A stretch of DNA of 64,000 nucleotides from Callorhinchus milii (taxonomy: Eukaryota). Where the stretch lies: NCBI RefSeq assembly GCF_018977255.1, contig NW_024704742.1, forward strand, positions 16,184,001-16,248,000, read 5' to 3'. Under the pieces are notes generated by a model. The model was not told where the DNA came from, ran no database searches, and saw nothing but the letters and a program-made list of their open reading frames with translations. A program made the translations under genes and the position numbers. Positions 55,916-64,000 of the stretch are shown in pieces; position 1 is the first letter of the stretch; each line of letters starts with the position of its first letter.

Positions 55916-56428
55916 CTGTTGAAATATGCAGAAAACGCGCGGTGCTTACACTGCTGCCAACCCGGGCACCGCGCTCACAGCCCTCACCAGCACAGGTCAG
56001 CGGAGGGCACCGCGTTGGACAACCTGTCTTCGCCACAGTGTAAATATTTTAGCGCGGTTTCTGCCCAAATCCAAGGAATGAAACCAATTCAGTTATTAAC
56101 CGGTTCAGTTCCTGGCCTTACTATTCTGCAACATCTCAGAGAGAGAGAGAGAGAGAGAGAGAGACGGGCAGACAGACAGCTCACCGGGAATGCAGAGAGA
56201 AAGGGAGATCAGAGAAAGGGAAAAAGCACAGTTGTATAATCTATATGAATTACATAAATACATATGGTATTTGGCGCTAAACAGAATAAACATTCAAATG
56301 GGTTACGGTAATTACCGAAATTGTTGGTGTGCCTTGTTCTCTTGAATTATACTGACATAAATACTTTAATAATAAATGCTGCTTACTCGAGGCACTGGCT
56401 TGTGCGTGGCTCTTTCCTTTGATGTTAC

Positions 56429-56573
56429 CTCTCTGACTCTTCACTGAGTGCCTTGTTGTTTGCTCAGCATCGCCAGGCTGTTGATACGCCAGGCTTGACT
56501 CTCCTAAAATCTTGTTTATTGAGAAGGATACGCAGGCAGAGACCTCAGCAGCCTGCGACTGTTCCATTGCCAT
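56429..56573 (-). CDS. Additional divergent HMX/NK5 homeobox gene, exon 1
   Basis: MAMEQSQAAEVSACVSFSINKILG contains an eh1 motif (FSIxxIL). Donor AGAG|GTAACA at 56429/56428. The exon is 145 nt (phase 1). The spliced CDS is 642 nt, 213 aa. Confidence 0.8.
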
Positions 56574-56609
56574 ACAGATTTATGTCTAAGAAGCAAATTT
56601 GCCTCTCCC

Positions 56610-56626
56610 CCTTTTTGTATATATCA
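56610..56626 (-). promoter_or_regulatory. TATA-like element of the third Hmx gene
   Basis: GATATATACAAAAAGG on the minus strand, ~45 bp upstream of the ATG. Confidence 0.3.
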
Positions 56627-58044
56627 GCGGTATACTTCATCAAATATGCACAATGCTCTGTATGGGCTGAGCCCTGGGCTCAGTGAGAAGCTGGGCAAAA
56701 CGGTATTCATATAAACTATCGATTTACGATTTGTGCAGTTATTGGGTGAACACACTACAATAGTTTGGAGGGTGATTTAGATTTATTTTGCCAGAGGGAA
56801 TTGTGACGGGTGTAAAGATTGCGAGCTGTTCACAAGTGAGACTGCAATCAATAATTTTAATACCTAATAAGAGAGGCACTTCGCAAGCAATTAGTTGGAG
56901 CTTCAAGAGTGCCAGTTACATGGAAACGAAATCTCTCACCCTAACGATAATCGGTTAGTTTCACACCAATAAGGAACACAGTAGGACTTGATTTGGTAAA
57001 TATTAATGATTGATAATTACTGGAAATGACAGTTACGGCCACCTTTGTGTCTGTATAAGGATCTAGGCCATTTATTTGGTAACTTTTATTTTACTTTAAT
57101 TTTAAACAGATTGGGAAATTGCAACGATATAATAGTCCGTGAAGTGTAAAATCGATCCAAAAAAATATGTTTCTTCGGTTTCCATCACCAACATACACAC
57201 AAAATTGTTAATTCCCGTCATTGGAGTGGTTTGTTAGTTGCAAGCTGTTATTCAATTAATGGATCGATAACAGTTAGATGGGTGTTTTGGAAGTACAGAA
57301 AAGAACAAGGTTATATTTTCAGTCCATTGATTTTCAGTGAATGCTTCCAATCCAGGTGTGAAGTTGGACCAAGCTGTCAGGTGAGAGGAGACTGTCCCGG
57401 GAATAACCAAAACATAATATCTCCTGTAAAACCTTTCTTTACATTTTAAGAACTAAACAGAGACAACGTTAACTGCATATAAAAACCCAGCCATTGCACC
57501 GTTATCTGACCAATCAGCCCACGGGACTGGACTGAGGTTGAGTGGAGGTTATTAGGACAGAAATGGAATTAATTTGGTCAATTCAAAGAATCAGAAGATG
57601 ACTACAATGCCGACTGCTGATGGATGTAGCCTCGAGCACAGATAGATTTATTTTCAAAGAATTCGCATTATGTAAGGTTATGTGCACAGTGTATTTATTC
57701 ATTCATTCATTCATTCATTCAAATATTTTGAAAAGTAAGATGAAAATTTTCAACACAAACGGGAAGTTTTCAATGCATCACATAAAATTGGATTCATAAT
57801 ATTTTTATTATCATATATCCCCATAAAACTATCCTGCAACTGTGACTGAAGCAAGAGGGAATGCACTTTAGAATAACATTTAAAGTCCCCAAATCAACAC
57901 GCCAGCTCTCAAATTGAGCCATTAACAAAATATAATAAATACGTTTTCTAAAACAAATAGGATTGCATTTGGTATAGATCCTTATCTCGTGGTTGAGACG
58001 TCTCAAAGCGCTTCAAATTATTTTTCAATGAAATGTAAAACCAC

Positions 58045-58178
58045 ACCTGACGAACGTCCTCTTCGACCACAGGTGACTGCCCCCTGTGCCCCGTTTGGCG
58101 TCAGGACTCCGACATTGTTCAGCGCTCATACCCCGCTCTGAAGGGCGCTATACAAATCCAAGTTGTTGTTGTTGTTTT
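58045..58178 (+). mobile_element. L2 3' end
   Basis: CTCTTCGACCAC…CAGCGCT…GAAGGGCGCTATACAAATCCAAGTTGTTGTTGTTG. Confidence 0.6.
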
Positions 58179-58199
58179 GTGGTGATTCTGATTTGTAGG

Positions 58200-58470
58200 T
58201 AATAATAATAAAATAATAATCCTTGCATTTGATATAGCGCTTTTCACGTCGGGAGGACGTCCCAAAGCGCTTCACAGAACACACTGTAAAGTGAATTGAC
58301 TGTATATTTGTGGGCGAACGCGGCAGCCAATTGCACACAGCAATGTCCCACAAACAGTCGTAGATTGAAAATGACCAATTTATTATTGTTTTTGGTTTTG
58401 GAGGGATTATTATTAGGCTCTGTGTGGAGTAAGGAAACTTGCCCAAGGTTTCGCCCTCTGCCTGGAATTG
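58200..58470 (-). mobile_element. 5'-truncated copy of the young SINE
   Basis: Close match to 52920-53180, truncated inside the B box. Confidence 0.85.
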
Positions 58471-61389
58471 GAGGTAAATACGTAGAAAAATGAAAATAGT
58501 TCACAGGTATTCATAGATGCAAATCAGTCATCGCTTCCTGGTATACGAAATAAATATTACGATCCACCAGAAAAGGTGTATTTCAGCTGCTTTCGTTAAT
58601 GTACCAATGTATTGGTTTGTGAGTGGAGTAATTTTGGAAGTTCAGTTTCACTGAAATCTTCAGTTCGTTAAACAGTACTTTTTTAAAAAAAAATGCGTGT
58701 TTCATATTTTGAACGAAAACAGAATAGATATTTCCGTCGATATTTTCTGAACATGAGATAAGTCACAATAATTCGTGGATTTGATATAGTGCCCTTCACG
58801 TGGGGAAGACGACTGAATGATTTGCTGACCGTGTTTTACTGTAAATTGTAGTGACTGTGTATTTTGTAGGCGAATGCCTACAAGTTCTGTTGAATTATAT
58901 TGTTCGAAGGGAAGCAATTCTATGTGTTTGCTTCCTAACATTTATTATATGAATTGATAGAATTTGGTTTAGTCTAATTTTAATGGTCTTGACGGTCTCA
59001 AAATTAAGGTTATTATATATAAATAAAGGCTAATATATGTACATATATGAGTATATATGTATATATATATATATCTTATATACTTATGATATAAAACGTA
59101 TAGTAACACTACAATGCATGCATTGATATGTATAAGTTACAGTAATCATTTGTACATGGAAATTGTACATGTAAGTGGCAGAATAAATTCATGGATTTTT
59201 AACTTAAATTGGATGCACTTATACATATATTCAGTATCTATTATACGTTGTTAAAGTACATTGTACTTCGCATTGCACATATATGCTATATTTTGTCTTT
59301 GGAAATGGATACTCTTAGATTAACTATAAAACACATACAATATTGAACTGTTCGTGTGAGACAGAAACGTCGTTAAATCAATTTCTAAATGTAAGGGGAT
59401 TTTCCACTTGACTTGCTTGTTTTAGTATTTATTATGAAAATTTGTTGCTTGAAACCTACGAATCTCCTGTAATGTAGATTACATCGTTAAGAGTGTATAA
59501 TAATAATAATAATAATAATAGTGATAATAGTATACGTCAGATTCGTACATGCCATTTACACCTGGGACCTTATTTTGTTCTGACCAGTCTCACACCATGT
59601 CATTATAAATCTCTTCCTGATTCATTCATGTTCAAGCCTTAAAATCATCACTGTATATAAAAAAAGCAGTGGATATTCTTTTTGCAGTAATTGGTCCACT
59701 GGACTGAAGTAGATCTAAAGTGATTAAACTTACGTCGCAACAGAGCAAGTATGCAAGCTAACCAAAAGCGACATAAAAGATGAAAGAGTCTTGTTTTAAT
59801 GCGTGCCTGGAGGATAGCTGGCTGCCTCTGGGTCGCTTGTTTTCCTCGTTTTTGTCACGCAATTTCTCTGTCGTTGCGCAGAGAATGCTGAGTGCTCTCT
59901 CTGCTGCTATGACCTGAAACTATTCCTTGTGACAAGGTGAAAGTGATTTTTTATTGCCGTTGACTAGGTTCAGGGTGTAGCAATAAAAACAATTCCGGGA
60001 TTGCAAGGCAATTTAAAGTGCACTTGATTTATTGATGCAGTTGAAGTTACAGAATGCACCTGTTTTATCTTTTTTTCCAGAAGTTTTGCACGCCATAAAA
60101 CTATTCTAGTTTTGCATTTTAAAACGTTAGATGCAGAGTCAACACATTGTAATTTTTTTAAACTGCATGTATTTTGCTTATACGTCCTTTTAACATATAA
60201 ATCGAAGACTCTTTAGAAACTATTTCTACTGACGCCTTAAATCGAAGAAGGTTAATCCAACAATACTGTTATTAGCGAGATTGACTGAAAACTGTATAAC
60301 AGGTAACTACGAATAAGTAGTAGAACTGTTACACATCTGATCTTTTGCTTAAGTGAAGTGCCGAGTTCTTCATTGCTAACGGCTGTTAAATGTGGCTCAA
60401 CAAAATAGCTACTGATCTTTGATTTAAAAGTAATATAATTTGTGTTAATAGGAGCGAAGAAAATGTTTAGCACATTCAAATCATGTAACACACGAAATCT
60501 AGGTTACCGAGCAGGAACAAATATGCTGAGTTCTTCATAACGGTAGTTTAAGGATTTTTTTTAAAATGCAGTATTCTTTGTTTACTGTTAACTGAAAGAT
60601 ATTCTGCATATCGCAATAATCAATAATTCTGTCCCATTCACGCAACTTCGCTCAAATTAAACTTTTAATTTAACATTTCTAAACAATAGCATATTCATAA
60701 TCGGTTGTGCAGCATTATCTCCGAGAGTGTTGTTCCAGTGAACAATTTTAACCTTTAAGACTATTTCCCAAACACAGAGACAGTGAGTTTTGTGACTAAC
60801 GTAGTGGGGTGATGAAGAGTTCACTCTGGTCCTATGTAAGGAGCTATCATTCACTGTTACATTTAGATTATTGCCAGCTGCTTCTTGATTTAGTTATGAA
60901 CATCAAATATGCATGCCCTAGACTGGAACTTTCAGTGCTGTTGCAACTTCGCATTAACTCAAAACTAGCTGTGGACATGGAGGTAGCTCGTTAACTCAGT
61001 ACCTTAGTCTCTTGCACTAAATAAGATTTCTGAAATATTTGAAGTGACCCTCAAATATCTGTACCTTGGTTCTTCACATTTCCTCATGTGTTACTGTTCA
61101 TGCATCTTGGTCGCCAGAGTAGGTTTGATATCATATTCAGTACAATCAGCTATTTGTTATTTTAAACGTCTTTAAAACGTTTCAAATGTCTTCAAAATAA
61201 CATATATCACTAAGAGCACCCCAAGAGGAAGTCCATGGAACCCATAGACTTCATATTTATAACCTTAGAAGGTTTAGCTGATTCCTTCTTTCACTACAAG
61301 CATCATATAATTTAGAAGAAAATAATTGGTTGTTGTTATTTTTCATTAGTACAATGTATGTGTAGCTTTAATTTACCATTACACATAAC

Positions 61390-61560
61390 TAATAACATAA
61401 TCCGTGCATTTGATATAGAGCCTTACCATGTCATCCAGATGTTTAAAAGCGCTTCTCCGGGAAATAGTGTAAAGTGGATTGACTGTGTATATTGTGGGCA
61501 AAATGCTGCAGCCAGTATGCGCCCAGCAACGTCGCACATACAGCCATGAGTGACCAATTT
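61390..61560 (-). mobile_element. Diverged SINE 3' half
   Basis: TAATCCGTGCATTTGATATAG…AAGCGCTTC…GTAAAGTGGATTGACTG…GCAGCCA. Confidence 0.6.
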
Positions 61561-61819
61561 TCCAGGACAGTGGGAAAAACTCCCTTCTCTTTTTCAATAG
61601 TACTGAAATTATTGCATTTTGTCTTGCCTTTATTCATTTAGGTCAAACAACAAATATTATTAGTGAATAATAAACTACTGAAAATTATTATATTTAGAAA
61701 TTGCTACCCTGACTAAATTTGAAAATATTGTTGCTGACTTTTTATTAGTTGCATAACAAGGAACAAATATTGTAATGTATCATTGTGTCATTTATGATAT
61801 ATAATTTTACCAAGGATTG

Positions 61820-62252
61820 CCTTAAAGTTTAGGTTCCGATACCCCAGAGGATGGGAGTTCAAGGTCCTGGTCCTCACTCTTAATTCCTCGACCATCTTGT
61901 CCCACCCTAATTCTGTGACTTTCTAACATCCTACCAACCGGTCCACCGCCTTTGCTTGGCAGGTACTGGCCTGTTTCATATCTTTGCCCTGCCCACCCCA
62001 TCATCAACTTCAGTCTTTCTGCCCCCACTCTCTGGAACTCCATCCTGGAGGCCTTTTGTCTTGTCCCTTTTCTAACCTCTTTCAACATTAGTCTCAAGGC
62101 TTTATGAAAGCACTTTAGGCCATTTTCCCACCCTTCTTTGGTCTTCGCCCCTCCCGAATCCAACACTGAGTTACGGTGGAGACCTTAGACTGTCTAGTGT
62201 GTTGGGACGTCCTTCCAATTTGAAAGGTGCTATATAAATGCAATTTGTTGTT
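61820..62252 (+). mobile_element. L2 3' fragment
   Basis: CTTCAGTCTTTCTGCCCCCACTCTCTGGAACTCC and the tail GGGACGTCC…TGAAAGGTGCTATATAAATGCAATTTGTTGTT. Confidence 0.6.
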
Positions 62253-63953
62253 AAGGTAGAGTATATTTACTATTGTTTGAATTGTACGGATTTATAAAGC
62301 TGGGTATACTTACAGTGATAATATTGTCTATTAGTGTTTAATATCAAGATATGCTTCACGTTTGAATATACCAGCAAAGTAATTTAAGTATTTGATGAGA
62401 TAATATAGTAACAAAGAGATGTGTTACGATTGAATCAGAATATGTACCAATTCAATGCAAATCTGAGCAAGTCATAATTACTGGGGTATTTTGAGGAGAC
62501 ATTGGTTCCTGGTTGGTATTATTATTTCTACTAATGAAAAAACTGGTATCAGTTCTAACATGTGTGGTGCTATTTTGCTCCTGTTAGTATTAATATTTTC
62601 TGACCTCTAAAAATACGAGCAACTTTGTTATAACCGTGATAACAGTTTTGCCATTAGTACAACTAATAATTACAACCAGGAACAAAACTTCTCCTGAAAA
62701 ACCCTCAGTTATTAGTGCTTGCTCGGGCTTGCATTGTGTTGGTACATATTCTGACTCAATTGTAACGCATCTATGTTTAACTACAGTATATTTTGCCATG
62801 AGGTCTAACAATGTAGTTTGATGGGGAAGGAGGAATCTGCATTTATAAATTATTAGGAAAGTATTGAACCCCAAGTGAACTACCCAGCGATCCCGAGCGG
62901 TGCTGCAGAGGTCAATGTATTTTTTAATACCGACAAACAAGCTCTTGTTTTATTTTATTCACTAGGATTATTCAACTCATTTTGCGCTAATAGAACTAAG
63001 AAATCTAGATTATTTGACGGGGAAGAGATTTTACCAGGCAATCGGTTTGTTCATTTAATCATTATTTACATTTGAATGCAGCCTTTAAAAACTGTGAAAC
63101 ATACATACACACACAAGCATAATATCACGAAATACATTTCTTTATCAACTGTGTTTGATTAATCACATTGACACAGCGTACACTGTAACATGAAATAAAT
63201 GGGTCTAGTGATCTGATAAAACAGATCAAGAAGATATGTCCTCAAGGATAAATTGGGGTGTATTTTGTGACGATTTCTAACGGTGTCACTCTCACTTCCA
63301 AGAACTCCATTCCAACTGGAGTATCTTTTGGAGCACAATAGCCGCACACCGACAAGAAGTGCACCATTTACTTCTGGTTATAAGAAGGAGTCCCATTATT
63401 GTTTCCTTATTGAGAAATCTGCTGGAAATGATTGCACATTAGACTCCATTAAGCATTGCAGGGTTATCAACCTACGAAAAAATGTTGGGAGTGATATTTA
63501 CTATCAGTGGGCGGCATATCTTGCAAACCCATTTGAACATGCACAGCTGTGTGAACTTTAAGAATCAGATGTATTTAATAATGCATTTAATAATTGTGAT
63601 GTATTAATAATACAATGATGGATTTATTAAGCACTGAACCAGATGGATGGCATTGCTGTTTCAAAGATATGTGAAACTTTTCAGTTATCCTGATTTATAT
63701 TCCCCTCCTAATCCACATCTACTAATTTCAGATTAATTTTATTTCTCTTCTCATTGTTATTTATGGGGTGTTGCTGGCGCGGATTACCGGACGTTTATTT
63801 GTATGTGAAAGGTGCTATATACATTGCAAGTTATTATTAATAATGTTATTTGTAAATTGAGTTGCATGTGGTATTGGTGTTGTCTCTGCCACTTGCACTT
63901 CTAGGATGCTGAGTGGTTCAATTCCAATGCTTTTTCAAAGTGATTTACTAAAT

Positions 63954-64000
63954 GGAGTCCTGTAGCTCAGTGGTTAGAGCACTCGCTTTGCAAGCGAGAG
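63954..64000 (+). mobile_element. SINE tRNA-like head, cut by the window end
   Basis: GGAGTCCTGTAGCTCAGTGGTTAGAGCACTCGCTTTGCAAGCGAGAG matches the head of the 52920-53237 SINE. Confidence 0.75.

Noticed and set aside
55916..56036. N-terminal 40 aa of the 205-aa ORF (MAKTGCPT…)
   Set aside because: It starts at a non-ATG codon and lies upstream of a strong splice acceptor at 55916, so it is intronic read-through.
63954..64000. Possible tRNA-Ala(TGC) gene
   Set aside because: It matches the head of the SINE at 52920-53237 almost exactly, and it is truncated by the window end so no complete cloverleaf can be shown.

Overview
Eukaryotic, vertebrate DNA. It is probably from a cartilaginous fish, inferred from Deu-type tRNA-SINEs, L2/CR1 fragments and shark-type Penelope ends. 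The window holds a tandem cluster of THREE two-exon HMX/NK5 homeobox genes, all on the minus strand. (1) SOHo1/Hmx4, join(1203..1419,295..836), 252 aa. (2) Hmx1, join(16901..17204,15120..15676), 286 aa. (3) An additional, intact but divergent Hmx-class gene, join(56429..56573,55419..55915), 213 aa, about 38 kb upstream of Hmx1. All three have an eh1-like motif in exon 1, a phase-1 GT-AG intron and the homeodomain in exon 2. Jawed vertebrates are generally described with two-gene Hmx pairs (Hmx1-SOHo/Hmx4, Hmx3-Hmx2), so the third gene is the main candidate novelty. The non-coding DNA has a possible pair of paralogous enhancer-like blocks (~7.37-7.73 kb and ~44.86-45.16 kb). It also has three inverted repeats within 26.4-31.2 kb, two degenerate hammerhead-bearing Penelope-type ends, many SINE/LINE fragments and a 57-bp tandem repeat. 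Most other ORFs in the track appear spurious. All alignments and identities were made by eye.
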